Source: an uncultured Aquiluna sp. (GTDB lineage Bacteria; Actinomycetota; Actinomycetes; Actinomycetales; Microbacteriaceae). Taken from it: a DNA stretch of 64,000 bases. A program made the translations under genes and the position numbers. The stretch lies in the NCBI GenBank assembly GCA_964567905.1, contig CAZMOF010000001.1, forward strand, positions 7,868-71,867. Direction: 5' to 3'. Each line of letters starts with the position of its first letter. The first letter of the stretch is position 1. The notes beneath the pieces were generated by a model that was given only the letters and a program-made list of their open reading frames with translations, made no database searches and was not told the origin of the DNA. Shown here in pieces: positions 10,950 through 21,124 of the stretch.

Positions 10950-13163
10950 ATGAATAAAATTGCTCTTGGCCTTGTGGCCTTCCTTTCATTCTCTTTCCTA
11001 ATTCCAACTCCTGCTTCTGCAAACACTGTCTGCACTGGCAGTGACTGTGTAGTTTCTTTTCAGTACACAGGTACCGAGCAGCAGTGGAGTGTTCCAGCTG
11101 GTGCATCCAATATCCGCTTCCATGTTTTCGGAGCATCCGGTGCTAGAGGCGGTGCCGGAGGATCTGTCACCGGCGTTCTCACCAACCTCCCTTCGGTTCT
11201 ATACATCTATGTGGGTGGCCAAGGCAGTCAGGGAAGAAATGCATCTGGTGGTTTCAACGGCGGGGGAAATGCTGGTGGGAATCGAGGAAATGAAGGCTCT
11301 GGCGGTGGTGCCAGCGACATACGTTCATCACAGGCGCTTTCTAGTCGAATAGTTGTTGCTGGTGGCGGTGGTGGTGGAGGTGGCTACTCTGGTGCCGCTG
11401 GTGCAGCCGGCGGTGGTCTTGAAGCAGCTGCTGGTGGTTCCGGTCAGGGTGGAGGCGGGGGTGGTGGAACGCAAGTCTCAGGTGGTGGTGCTGGATATTC
11501 AAATGGAGGAAGTTCAGGTACCTCCGGATCCTTTGGACAGGGTGGGACAGGTGGAACTAGTTGGAATGCTGGTGGAGGCGGCGGCGGTGGAGGTTGGTAT
11601 GGCGGTGGCGGCGGTGGCGCAGATGACAACGACTGCTGCTCTGATGGCGGTGGTGGTGGCGGAGGATCTTCCTATGCAAATCCGTCATTCACTCAGAACG
11701 TTGCACACACAGTAGGCGTCAACTCAGGACACGGTCGCATCGAGATTCACTACACGCTTATTCCAGACGTGGTTTCCTTCACCGGAGAGCAGTCATCCTC
11801 AGTCTCGGCGACATTCACCCTGGTGATTAGTGAGCCAGTAGCTGGACTTGATCAGAGCGACTTCATTGTGTCTGGTTGCAGCTGGCGCAACCTATCAATT
11901 TCTGCAAACTCAGCGGTTGTTTCATTGACTTCCTGTAGCCATGGAACCGTAAATTTGACTCTGAAAGCTAATTCGCTAGGAGCTTTACAGAACGGGCCAC
12001 TTCAGCCAGCCAGTGCTTCAGTTTTGTTTGATGGACAAGCACCTACTTTTTCCTGGCAGGAAAGCGGAAGTAACTTTTCGCAATCAAGTGTTGTGCTGGG
12101 ATTCAGTTTGCAGGACGCAACAGTTAGCAGTATTGCTCAGTTTGACCTAGGGGAATGTCAAGGAGAGCTTCTAGATTTGGCAGTCAGAATCTTTGGCTGC
12201 CCAGATGGTGCGCAAACAATATCTTTTCGCCCAAACCAACTAAGCGACAGCTGGGGCAACTCAGGTCCGGCTAGTGCCGTTTCTTACCAGGTTTCCTTTG
12301 ATCGCACAGCCCCGGTGGCAGTCTGGTCAGGAGTTGATATACAAGGAACAACTGAATTTACCTATTCAGCAGTTATAAATTTTTCCGAGAGCGTTAGCTT
12401 TTCCGTTTCTAGCGTTGTGTTCACCTCATCGATGGAATGTGAAAGAGGCCAATCGGAAAGTGAATCAGGCTGGCACTTCTGGGCAAGGTGTGGCTACGGT
12501 TCCGGTAGATGGCAACTAACAGCTCTTTCGCTGATGGATTCTTTTGGAAATCTGGGACCTGTCGAGTCAGTCGCAGTGAGTTTTGAAAACCTGGCTCCAC
12601 CCCCTCATAAAGAAGTTTCTGAAACCCAGACGCAGTCGCAGCCGGTGACCACACCAGCGCAGGATCAGCCTGCCTCGCAACCACAGCCAGTGCAACCTCC
12701 GGTTACCGAACCAATTACGCAGAACCCTGTCACTGAACCAGCTCCCCAGCCACAAACTCCCGTTGCGTCTGAGCCGACTCCAGTAGAGGTGGTTGTTGAG
12801 CCTGTGGTAACAGAATCACCTGTAATCGAGGAAGTTCTAACGGGTTCTGAGGAAATTCATATGCCTGAAACTAGCTTCGAAGATGTTCCTGTATTTGTTT
12901 CAGAAAATTCTTCAGAGCAGTTGTTGACGATGCCGAAAACAAAGATTAGCCAATCTCAGCAACAGGAAGTTTTGGAAATCGAGGAACCAAGCAGAAACCC
13001 AGTGCTTGATGATTCACCTTTTGAGCAAGAATCTGTTGAGCTGACAGCAAATGAGTTTGTGCTCAAGAAAGATGAGGAGTTTCCGATTATTCCGGTGATG
13101 CTGGTGTCCTTGTTACTAACAGCGCTGCTCGCGTTGGTTGTGATAAGAATCAGCGGAAGATGA
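10950..13163 (+). CDS. Surface protein: signal peptide, ALK/LTK-type glycine-rich domain, about 3 Ig-like repeats, P/Q/T/E-rich stalk, C-terminal TM anchor
   Basis: Signal ending ASA-N; motifs FQYTGTEQQWSVP, YIYVGGQG, GGGASDIR, RIVVAGGGGG; hydrophobic tail followed by RISGR; -10 TACTTT 6 nt upstream. Confidence 0.75.
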   Translation: MNKIALGLVAFLSFSFLIPTPASANTVCTGSDCVVSFQYTGTEQQWSVPAGASNIRFHVFGASGARGGAGGSVTGVLTNLPSVLYIYVGGQGSQGRNASGGFNGGGNAGGNRGNEGSGGGASDIRSSQALSSRIVVAGGGGGGGGYSGAAGAAGGGLEAAAGGSGQGGGGGGGTQVSGGGAGYSNGGSSGTSGSFGQGGTGGTSWNAGGGGGGGGWYGGGGGGADDNDCCSDGGGGGGGSSYANPSFTQNVAHTVGVNSGHGRIEIHYTLIPDVVSFTGEQSSSVSATFTLVISEPVAGLDQSDFIVSGCSWRNLSISANSAVVSLTSCSHGTVNLTLKANSLGALQNGPLQPASASVLFDGQAPTFSWQESGSNFSQSSVVLGFSLQDATVSSIAQFDLGECQGELLDLAVRIFGCPDGAQTISFRPNQLSDSWGNSGPASAVSYQVSFDRTAPVAVWSGVDIQGTTEFTYSAVINFSESVSFSVSSVVFTSSMECERGQSESESGWHFWARCGYGSGRWQLTALSLMDSFGNLGPVESVAVSFENLAPPPHKEVSETQTQSQPVTTPAQDQPASQPQPVQPPVTEPITQNPVTEPAPQPQTPVASEPTPVEVVVEPVVTESPVIEEVLTGSEEIHMPETSFEDVPVFVSENSSEQLLTMPKTKISQSQQQEVLEIEEPSRNPVLDDSPFEQESVELTANEFVLKKDEEFPIIPVMLVSLLLTALLALVVIRISGR

Positions 13164-14004
13164 TGGTTCTTTGACCATCCAGTAGGACGCGGTGCTCGGC
13201 AAACCACTTGATTGCCTGAGTGAGTGTTTTCGACTCCGCGTCCTGGCCGATTTGAACCAGAGAGGCTTTGGATGCTGCGTGATCAACGCGAGTTACGTTT
13301 TGTTCAATAATTGGACCCTCGTCAAGATCAGAAGTCACAAAATGGGCGGTAGCACCAATCAGCTTTACACCTCGAGCATGCGCCTGAGCGTAGGGGTTGG
13401 CTCCCTTGAAGCCTGGCAAGAATGAGTGGTGGATGTTGATTATCCGGCCCGCAAACTCTGCGCAAAATTCGGGCGAGAGAATCTGCATGTATCGTGCTAG
13501 AACGATTAGCTCAATTTGGTTTTCAGTAATGAACTGTCGTAGCTTTTTCTCAAACTCAGTTTTGTCGCTCGTGCTGTTAATTGAGTGTGATTCAAATTCA
13601 ACCCCGTAGAAACCTGCGATTTCGGCAAGATCTGTGTGGTTTGCGAAGACTTTGTTGATGGTTATCGGAAGCTGCCCTGCTCTTTGTCTATAAAGGATGT
13701 CGTTCAGGCAGTGACCAGCTTTTGAAACTAGGACCACGGCCTTCATCGGCCTGTCTACGTAATCCAGAACATATTCGAGCTTGTACTGGCCAACGATGGT
13801 TTCAATTTGTCTTTCAAAGTCTGCTTTAGAAATGTCCGCTTCAATTTGGAGTCGCATGAAGAAGCGACCTGTGTCATTGGACGTGTACTGCTGGCTTTCT
13901 GTAATGTTTCCGCCAGCTTCAACCACGGCACCGGAAATGGCATGGACGATTCCAGGCCTGTCTGGACAGACGAAGGTTAGAACCCAGTGCTCCTTGGTAC
14001 TCAC
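13150..14004 (-). CDS. purU: Formyltetrahydrofolate deformylase
   Basis: ACT domain [41 protein letters not shown]; start GTG 14004 preferred (TAGGAT 7 nt upstream), 14010 possible. Confidence 0.95.
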   Translation of the reverse strand: MSTKEHWVLTFVCPDRPGIVHAISGAVVEAGGNITESQQYTSNDTGRFFMRLQIEADISKADFERQIETIVGQYKLEYVLDYVDRPMKAVVLVSKAGHCLNDILYRQRAGQLPITINKVFANHTDLAEIAGFYGVEFESHSINSTSDKTEFEKKLRQFITENQIELIVLARYMQILSPEFCAEFAGRIINIHHSFLPGFKGANPYAQAHARGVKLIGATAHFVTSDLDEGPIIEQNVTRVDHAASKASLVQIGQDAESKTLTQAIKWFAEHRVLLDGQRTIIFR

Positions 14005-14066
14005 CCGCACAATCCTATTCAGCGAGCCAGTCTGGCTGGGCCTTGGCGAATAGTAAACTTACGCGC

Positions 14067-15344
14067 ATGCCGATAAACCCCCTTCATTCAGCACCTCTAA
14101 AGCAGGTTGATCCCGAGATTGCCGCCGTCCTCCAGCAGGAACTAGACCGCCAACGAGGGACGCTGGAGATGATTGCCAGTGAAAACTTCGTTTCACGGGC
14201 AATCCTTGAAACGCAGGGTTCCGTGCTGACAAACAAGTACGCAGAGGGTTATCCGGGAAAGCGCTACTACGGTGGCTGTGAAGCAGTAGACATTGCCGAG
14301 AATCTGGCGAGAGATCGAGCCAAGGAGCTCTACGGCGCAGAGTATGTAAACGTGCAGCCACACTCTGGCGCTACCGCCAACGCAGCGGTAATGATGGCCC
14401 TTGCAAATCCCGGAGACAGAATTTTGGGTCTGAGCTTGGCGCATGGTGGGCATCTCACCCATGGAATGAAGCTGAACTTTTCTGGGCGGATGTATGAGGC
14501 CCACGCCTATGAGCTACACCCTGACACATACCTGATCGATATGGATATTGTCCGTGCTAGAGCATTAGAGACTAGGCCAGCTGTTCTGATTGCGGGCTGG
14601 TCTGCCTACTCAAGGCATCTGGACTTTGCTGCATTCCGTTCAATTGCTGATGAAGTTGGCGCCAAGCTCTGGGTTGATATGGCTCACTTCTCAGGCTTGG
14701 TAGCCGCGGGTGTGCATCCATCACCTGTTCCATACGCCGATGTTGTGTCGTCCACTGTCCACAAAACTCTTGCGGGGCCACGCTCCGGAATGATTTTGTG
14801 CAAAGAGCAGTGGGGTAAGAAGATTGACACTGCTGTCTTCCCAGGTCAGCAGGGTGGGCCTTTGATGCACGTCATTGCCGCCAAGGCCGTTGCTTTCAAG
14901 GCAGCAATGACTTCGGAATTCAAAGATCAGCAGCAGCGAACGATTGACGGCGCAAGAATTCTTGCCGATCGTCTTGTGCAGTCGGATGTAGCTGGCGCAG
15001 GGATAACGGTTCTAACCGGTGGAACGGATGTTCACCTCGTGTTGGTTGATTTGCGAAATGCTGCTATTGATGGCCAGACAGCCGAGAACATTTTGCATGA
15101 AGCCGGTGTCACGGTAAACAAGAACTCAGTTCCAAATGATCCAAGGCCTCCGATGGTTACCTCTGGAATCCGAATCGGAACAGCAGCTTTAGCTACGCGT
15201 GGTTTTGGTGACACCGAGTTTAGGGAAGTTGCAAACATCATTGCTGAAGCTCTTCTTCCTGGTGCAGACCTGCCCTCTCTCAGAAAGAGAGTCGTTGCAC
15301 TAACTGAAAGCTTCCCTCTCTATCAGGGCCTAGAGAACTGGTAA
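14067..15344 (+). CDS. glyA: Serine hydroxymethyltransferase
   Basis: [27 protein letters not shown] motif [13 protein letters not shown]; ATG 14067 has TAAACT 7 nt upstream. Confidence 0.97.
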   Translation: MPINPLHSAPLKQVDPEIAAVLQQELDRQRGTLEMIASENFVSRAILETQGSVLTNKYAEGYPGKRYYGGCEAVDIAENLARDRAKELYGAEYVNVQPHSGATANAAVMMALANPGDRILGLSLAHGGHLTHGMKLNFSGRMYEAHAYELHPDTYLIDMDIVRARALETRPAVLIAGWSAYSRHLDFAAFRSIADEVGAKLWVDMAHFSGLVAAGVHPSPVPYADVVSSTVHKTLAGPRSGMILCKEQWGKKIDTAVFPGQQGGPLMHVIAAKAVAFKAAMTSEFKDQQQRTIDGARILADRLVQSDVAGAGITVLTGGTDVHLVLVDLRNAAIDGQTAENILHEAGVTVNKNSVPNDPRPPMVTSGIRIGTAALATRGFGDTEFREVANIIAEALLPGADLPSLRKRVVALTESFPLYQGLENW

Positions 15345-15348
15345 TTCT

Positions 15349-16209
15349 TTGACTGCAATCATTCTGGATGGCAAGAAAACCGCAGCGGAGATTAAGCGGG
15401 AGATAGCCAGCAGAGTTAGCGACTTATCAAAAACTGGAATTACTCCAGGGCTTGGCACTCTTTTGGTTGGAGATGATCCCGGATCGCTCGCCTATGTTGC
15501 GGGTAAGCATGCCGATTGCGCTGAGGTAGGAATAAGTTCCATTCGGATAGATCTGCCGGCTGGTGCGTCTGAATCTGACATCAAATCGGCAATCAAGGAT
15601 TTGAATAACGCCAAGGAAGTTACTGGCTATATCGTGCAGCTTCCTCTGCCAAAAGGTATTGATGCCAATTCGATGCTGGAGCTAATCGACCCCGAAAAAG
15701 ATGCCGATGGCCTGCACCCTGTCAATCTTGGGAAACTGGTGATGAACTCATCGGGCAAAATTTCATCCCCCCTACCTTGCACACCAAACGGAATCATTGA
15801 ACTTCTCAGGCGCTACCAGGTGAATCTCGAGGGAGCTAAAGTCGCGGTGCTGGGCCGTGGCCTAACAGTTGGGAGACCCCTTGGGCTGCTGCTAAGCGGT
15901 AAATCGGTAAATGCCTCACCAACAATTCTCCATAGTCAAAGTAAAGACATCCCAGATGTGATTGCCGAATCCGACATCGTTGTTGCCGCCATTGGCCAAC
16001 CAGAATTTGTAAAGAAAGCTTGGATTAGGCCCGGTGCTGCAGTTTTAGATGTTGGAATCACTCGTGTGTCAGGCAAATTGGTTGGCGATGTAGAACCTTC
16101 TGTGAAGGAGGTTGCTGGCTATTTCTCGCCAAACCCCGGTGGAGTTGGTCCAATGACCAGAGCCATGCTGCTGACAAATGTTTTGCAGCTAGCTACCAAA
16201 GTCCTTTAG
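15349..16209 (+). CDS. folD: Methylene-THF dehydrogenase/cyclohydrolase
   Basis: [35 protein letters not shown]; TTG start. Confidence 0.96.
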   Translation: MTAIILDGKKTAAEIKREIASRVSDLSKTGITPGLGTLLVGDDPGSLAYVAGKHADCAEVGISSIRIDLPAGASESDIKSAIKDLNNAKEVTGYIVQLPLPKGIDANSMLELIDPEKDADGLHPVNLGKLVMNSSGKISSPLPCTPNGIIELLRRYQVNLEGAKVAVLGRGLTVGRPLGLLLSGKSVNASPTILHSQSKDIPDVIAESDIVVAAIGQPEFVKKAWIRPGAAVLDVGITRVSGKLVGDVEPSVKEVAGYFSPNPGGVGPMTRAMLLTNVLQLATKVL

Positions 16210-16683
16210 TGCGTCAAACCTAGGATCAATTGGTTTTTGGTGATCATGATTTCCAACATCAAGTTTTTCACCACAGTCTGCGCAAAGCCCAGGACAGTCA
16301 TCTGAGCAAAGTGGCTGGATAGGTAGATTCGGCACCACTGAATCAATCAGCGGCTGTTCCAAGTCGACCCTATCTTGCTCAATGAAAAAGTCATCTTCAT
16401 TTTCAGGACGGTAGTGGAATAGCTCTTGGATTTCGATCGGAACATCTACTTCTATTTTTTCAAGGCACCTGGAGCACTCAGATTTGGCGATAGTTTCGCC
16501 TTCCGCGCTAACCAAGATGCCTTCGTGCACTGATTCCAATCGGACAGCGAGGACAATCTTGGTTTCTTTTGCCACTGCAATGACTTCGGTGCCGAGATTA
16601 TCGGTCAGTAAGTGTTCAAGCGTTAGCTCCTTCATGGTGCCAGGCTTGTAAATGAGATCCTTGACCTGGATTACCAGACTCAA
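16189..16683 (-). CDS. yceD: YceD/DUF177 family protein
   Basis: CSRC and [16 protein letters not shown]-terminal IDPRFDALK. Confidence 0.9.
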   Translation of the reverse strand: MSLVIQVKDLIYKPGTMKELTLEHLLTDNLGTEVIAVAKETKIVLAVRLESVHEGILVSAEGETIAKSECSRCLEKIEVDVPIEIQELFHYRPENEDDFFIEQDRVDLEQPLIDSVVPNLPIQPLCSDDCPGLCADCGEKLDVGNHDHQKPIDPRFDALKDFGS

Positions 16684-17168
16684 TTTGGTCTCCTGGCGTT
16701 CAGAGCTTGTCTCACACTCTCTGTAACATGCTGTGAAACATCGCCGCCCAGGGAAGCTACTTCGCGAATCAGAGAAGATGAAACTTGACTGTATTTTGGT
16801 TCGGTTGGCAAAAAGATTGTTTCAACGCCCGTAAGGTCTCTATTCATACTGGCAAATTGCAACTCGTAGTCGAGATCGGCTGCAGTGCGCAGGCCCTTAA
16901 TCAGGATTTGAGCACCGAGGTCCTTGGCAACATTTGCCAGCAGCCCTGAGCTTGACTGGCTAACTTCAACGCCGCTCAGCCCCAGTTCTTTCAGCGAAGC
17001 TTTGATCAGTTCCACTCGCTCGTCTGCGGTGAAGAGATTTTTCTTGTTCGGGTTATGGACCACCAGGACAATTAGCTTTTCGCTAAAGCCCATTGCTCTT
17101 CGGATAACCGAGAGGTGACCGAGGGTGATTGGATCAAACGAACCCGGGTAGATTGCTATTTTTGCCAC
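16680..17168 (-). CDS. coaD: Phosphopantetheine adenylyltransferase
   Basis: IYPGSFDPITLGH, KGLR, VSSSLIREVA. Confidence 0.97.
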   Translation of the reverse strand: MAKIAIYPGSFDPITLGHLSVIRRAMGFSEKLIVLVVHNPNKKNLFTADERVELIKASLKELGLSGVEVSQSSSGLLANVAKDLGAQILIKGLRTAADLDYELQFASMNRDLTGVETIFLPTEPKYSQVSSSLIREVASLGGDVSQHVTESVRQALNARRPN

Positions 17169-17197
17169 GCGACAAGGTTAGTCGCAAAGAGCTAGTG

Positions 17198-18022
17198 CTA
17201 AAACTGGCTTCTGATTGCCCACAAATCAGGGAAGACGGGATGAAAGAGGGTGCTCGAGAGGTACCCAACACCATCCGAGCCACCGGTTCCCTTTTTCTTA
17301 CCGATGGTGCGCTCGACCATCTTCACGTGACGATAACGCCATTCCTGCAGACCCTCATCCAGGTCGACTAAAGCCTCGCCAACCATCGAGGCTTCAGGAT
17401 CGTTGCGATGAATCTCTACTAAAACTGCTTGTACTTCTTCGCTTTCTTTCCAAGGGAGTGTGACATCTCTAGTGAGCGCAGCTTTGGGCATCGGTTTGCG
17501 ATGGTTAAAGTAGTGCAGGGCTGAGTCCCAAATGGAATTTCTTTGCATGGCTTGCTCGACCCGGTTTCTAGAATCTGATCCAGGTGTTAGGTGCTCAGCC
17601 ATACTCATACCAGTGTTTTTCTCTGCCTCAGATCCTGCTTGGTCTCTGCGCCCTAGCACAGCCTCTAGTTCTCGAAACTGCGCAGATTGAAATCCAGATG
17701 CTGAAGAGAGTCTGGAGCGGAAAGAGTTGAACTGTAGGGGAGTCATTGTTTCTAAAATGTCGAGCTGTGCAACACAGGTCTTCATGATATTTCTCATGCG
17801 ACCAAGTAGAGCAAGTGAGCGGTGGGTGTTGCCATCCTCTAGGGATTTCTGCAGAGCACTGGCTTCATGGAGGAGCTGTTTGAACCAAAGCTCATAGACC
17901 TGATGGATGGTGATGAAAAGTAGTTCATCATGCTCTGGACCATCGCTGAGTGGCTGCTGGAGTTTCAGAAGCTCTTCGACTTTGAGATAAGAAATGTAGG
18001 TTATGTGTTTGCTGTGTTCCAT
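17198..18022 (-). CDS. kynA: Tryptophan 2,3-dioxygenase
   Basis: HDELLFITIHQVYELWFK, ASGFQSAQFRELE, WRYRHVKMVERTIGKKKGTGGS. Confidence 0.95.
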   Translation of the reverse strand: MEHSKHITYISYLKVEELLKLQQPLSDGPEHDELLFITIHQVYELWFKQLLHEASALQKSLEDGNTHRSLALLGRMRNIMKTCVAQLDILETMTPLQFNSFRSRLSSASGFQSAQFRELEAVLGRRDQAGSEAEKNTGMSMAEHLTPGSDSRNRVEQAMQRNSIWDSALHYFNHRKPMPKAALTRDVTLPWKESEEVQAVLVEIHRNDPEASMVGEALVDLDEGLQEWRYRHVKMVERTIGKKKGTGGSDGVGYLSSTLFHPVFPDLWAIRSQF

Positions 18023-18024
18023 TT

Positions 18025-19326
18025 TTAGGTGACTCGGCTTTCACTCTGACTTACATTCTTGTATTCACCACTTTGAACAAGATCTCTGAGCCTTTCAAAT
18101 CCTTCGAACACCTCAGAGTAGGAAGTTGGTAGGGGAGAGATTCCGAGACGAATCGAGGCGGGTTCTCGGTAATCGGGAATCACCTTTTTTGCTTTTCGAA
18201 GGGCATTGGCAATCGCCTTGGCGTCTTGGTGTCTGAGAATAATGTGGCCTCCGCGACTGTTTGCCGCTCTCGGGGTGCCGAGACTGAACCCGAGCGGTTC
18301 TAGCCACTGATCAAACAGATCTATCATCAGCTGGGTTCCCTGCGCAGCCTTGGCTTCAATTTTTTCTATCGTTGCTCTGCCGATCATAGAGAAAGCCACT
18401 TCCACAGCCCTAATTCCAATGATCGACGGACTTGCTATTTGAAAGCCGCGAATCTGCTGGTTTGGTTCAAAGTAGGGACCCATTTCAAACTGTTTTTGCT
18501 GGGCAAACCAGCCTTGAATAGGAACCTGCAGTTTCTCCTGCAGATCTTTTTTCACGTAGAGCCAAGCTGGCGATCCAGGTCCAGAGTTACCGTATTTATA
18601 TGTGCAGCCAACCGCTAGGTCGACTCCGTTTTTCTCAAAGTCCAAAACTATTGAACCGATGGCGTGGGAGCAGTCCCAAACTACGTAGCTACCAAACTCT
18701 CTGGCCAGATCGGTAATTGCCTTTATGTCTTGGCGAACCCCCGAGCGGTAGTTGATTGCTTGCAGAGTGAGTAGAGCAACGTCTTTACTCAGGATGGGTC
18801 GAAGAGCTTCAACGGTGATTTCTTCATCGGAACTATTTATCTCAACCGCCCCAGGTCCACCCATACCATCGCTATTGAGAGTGATTAGTTCCATCCCAAA
18901 CTGCTCCGCTATGCCCTGCAGGATGTAGCGGTCGGTTGGAAAGTTGGCCGAGTCAATAATCATTTTGTTTCGGCCAGGATTGGCTCTGATGGCTGCCACA
19001 CAAAGCTGATAAAAGTTAACGCTGGTGGTGTCGCAAACCAGTGTTTGACCCTTGCCCGCACCAAGTGCACTTTCGGCAAGTAAATCACCGGCGGTTTGCG
19101 CCTGATCAATCCAGTGGGACCAGCCATCAACTAGCTGATCGCCCCACTCCTTCGTGAGAAAGCTGTTGACCTGCTCGATTGTTTTCAGCGGCAGTCTTCC
19201 CAGAGAGTTTCCGTCGAGGTAACAGACTTCTTTATCTGTGAAGAAGAACTCGTTTCGAAAGCTGGCTAGTGGATCATTTTGATCAAGTAGTAAGACTTTG
19301 TCTTTGGTCCACTGGGTACTAACCAT
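18025..19326 (-). CDS. kynU: Kynureninase
   Basis: YLDGNSLG, NFPTDRY, WDCSHAIGS, GCTYKYGNSGPG. Confidence 0.95.
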   Translation of the reverse strand: MVSTQWTKDKVLLLDQNDPLASFRNEFFFTDKEVCYLDGNSLGRLPLKTIEQVNSFLTKEWGDQLVDGWSHWIDQAQTAGDLLAESALGAGKGQTLVCDTTSVNFYQLCVAAIRANPGRNKMIIDSANFPTDRYILQGIAEQFGMELITLNSDGMGGPGAVEINSSDEEITVEALRPILSKDVALLTLQAINYRSGVRQDIKAITDLAREFGSYVVWDCSHAIGSIVLDFEKNGVDLAVGCTYKYGNSGPGSPAWLYVKKDLQEKLQVPIQGWFAQQKQFEMGPYFEPNQQIRGFQIASPSIIGIRAVEVAFSMIGRATIEKIEAKAAQGTQLMIDLFDQWLEPLGFSLGTPRAANSRGGHIILRHQDAKAIANALRKAKKVIPDYREPASIRLGISPLPTSYSEVFEGFERLRDLVQSGEYKNVSQSESRVT

Positions 19327-19339
19327 GCCTCCACTTTAC

Positions 19340-21124
19340 TCAGACCAGTAGCTGATGCTTAGCCAGCTCTGCATACAGGGGAGTGGACTTGACTAGCTCT
19401 GAGTGGGAACCCATGCCCACCACCTGGCCCTTTTCCAAAACGATTATCTTGTCGGAATCAACCACCGTGGAAAGACGATGTGCAATCACTACCAGGGTTC
19501 GATTTTGGGCGACCGCGTCAATTGCCTCGCGCATGCGCTGCTCATTGGGGCCATCGAGCGCGCTGGTCGATTCATCGAGTAGAAGAATTGGAGGTTTAGC
19601 CAGCAGGGCTCTAGCGATAGCAAGCCTTTGCCTTTCTCCTCCGGAGAGCATGATTCCGCTTTCCCCAACCTCAGCATCAAGTCCTGCTGCATCACGGTTT
19701 AGCACATCATTTAGATTCACCTGGCCGAGCACCGCTCGCAGCTCTTCTTCAGTTGCATCATCCTTACCAAGCAGCAGATTGTCCCGAATACTGCCCGCTA
19801 GAACTGGTGCATCCTGCTCAACGTATCCAAGCTGCTCTCTAAGAGTCTTTCTTGAAAACTCGGTGACATCCTGCCCATCCAGCATGATTTGACCCGCGGT
19901 TGGTTCGTAGAACCTTTCGATCAGCGAGAAGATGGTGGACTTTCCTGCACCCGATGGACCAACTAGCGCAACTCGGCTGCCTCTTTCAATTTGGAAACTG
20001 ACAGAAGTCAGGATTGGCTTTATCTCGCCATCCTCAGCCGGATAGTTGAAGTCAACATTTCTGAACTCAATTGCAGCGGTGGACTTAGCTGATCGCTGGT
20101 CGGTCTGAGTTTCAGTTTCTTCTTCCTCTAAAACCATAATTTCTTGAATACGAGCCAGTGCTCCCAAGGCACCCATGACGGATGTGTAGGCACCGAATGC
20201 TGAAATCAAAGGACCAATCATAAAGAAAAGCAAGATCACAAATGTCACTAGAGAGGAGATTGTCGTTGCACCTGTTGCAACTCTCAGACCGCCCAGCCCA
20301 AGGACAACAATGAATGCTGTGTTGAAAGCAACCTGCGCGATTGGCGCAACGGCTGCGGAGAGGCGAGCAATAGAAAGTCCCTGCTGATAGGCGGCTTCAG
20401 CATCTTTATAGATCTCATTTGATTCGCGGCTCTCAGCCCTGGCCGCCCTGATTGTTCTGATGGCACTGAGCGCTCTTTCAACGCTGGCAGACATTTGGCC
20501 AACTTTTTGCTGAGCTTTGGTAGTGGCGCTTCGGATCTTTCTTCCGGTAAAGGCAATCGCTCCAACTGCCACAAAGACGACAATCAAAGTCGAACCAAGT
20601 AGCAGCGGATCAATAAAGGCCATGACGATGATTGCGCCAAAGAACTGCAACATCCCGCCTAGAGCATCGACGAGTCCCTGGGTGAGTACTGCCTTTAGCA
20701 GAGTGGAGTCAGAGCCAACTCGAGAAACCAGGTCACCAATTCTTCTGCGGTCATACTGCCAGATGGGAAGGCGCAGCATCCTTGCCACCAGTGCCTTGCG
20801 GGTGCTAAGAACTACCCCCTCACCCGTTTTATATAGAAGGTAGAACTGAAAGGCATTCATAACCGCGGAGGTGATGATGAGTACGACTATGCCAATGGCC
20901 AGGGTCTGAATCTCCTGATTTTGCTCAACCGCACTTATCAATTGCCCGATTAGAAGCGGCTGCCCAAGGGCTAAAAGGGAACCGATCATAGAAAGGATGA
21001 TCGCGAAAGTTAGAACCTTGCGGTAAGGGCGAAGGTAAGGGAAGAGGTCTTTGAGCTGAGCCCTGGGACCTTTGTATTCGCGTGACCTGGGATTCTGGGT
21101 GGGGTCGGAATAGTATTCGCTCAC
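19340..21124 (-). CDS. ABC exporter, fused TMD-NBD
   Basis: 6-TM domain, GPSGAGKS, LSGGERQR, LLLDE, IAHRL. Confidence 0.9.
   Translation of the reverse strand: MSEYYSDPTQNPRSREYKGPRAQLKDLFPYLRPYRKVLTFAIILSMIGSLLALGQPLLIGQLISAVEQNQEIQTLAIGIVVLIITSAVMNAFQFYLLYKTGEGVVLSTRKALVARMLRLPIWQYDRRRIGDLVSRVGSDSTLLKAVLTQGLVDALGGMLQFFGAIIVMAFIDPLLLGSTLIVVFVAVGAIAFTGRKIRSATTKAQQKVGQMSASVERALSAIRTIRAARAESRESNEIYKDAEAAYQQGLSIARLSAAVAPIAQVAFNTAFIVVLGLGGLRVATGATTISSLVTFVILLFFMIGPLISAFGAYTSVMGALGALARIQEIMVLEEEETETQTDQRSAKSTAAIEFRNVDFNYPAEDGEIKPILTSVSFQIERGSRVALVGPSGAGKSTIFSLIERFYEPTAGQIMLDGQDVTEFSRKTLREQLGYVEQDAPVLAGSIRDNLLLGKDDATEEELRAVLGQVNLNDVLNRDAAGLDAEVGESGIMLSGGERQRLAIARALLAKPPILLLDESTSALDGPNEQRMREAIDAVAQNRTLVVIAHRLSTVVDSDKIIVLEKGQVVGMGSHSELVKSTPLYAELAKHQLLV

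Noticed and set aside
11444-11629. Poly-proline ORF on the minus strand
   Set aside because: Antisense shadow of the GGN-rich glycine tracts; no independent start signals
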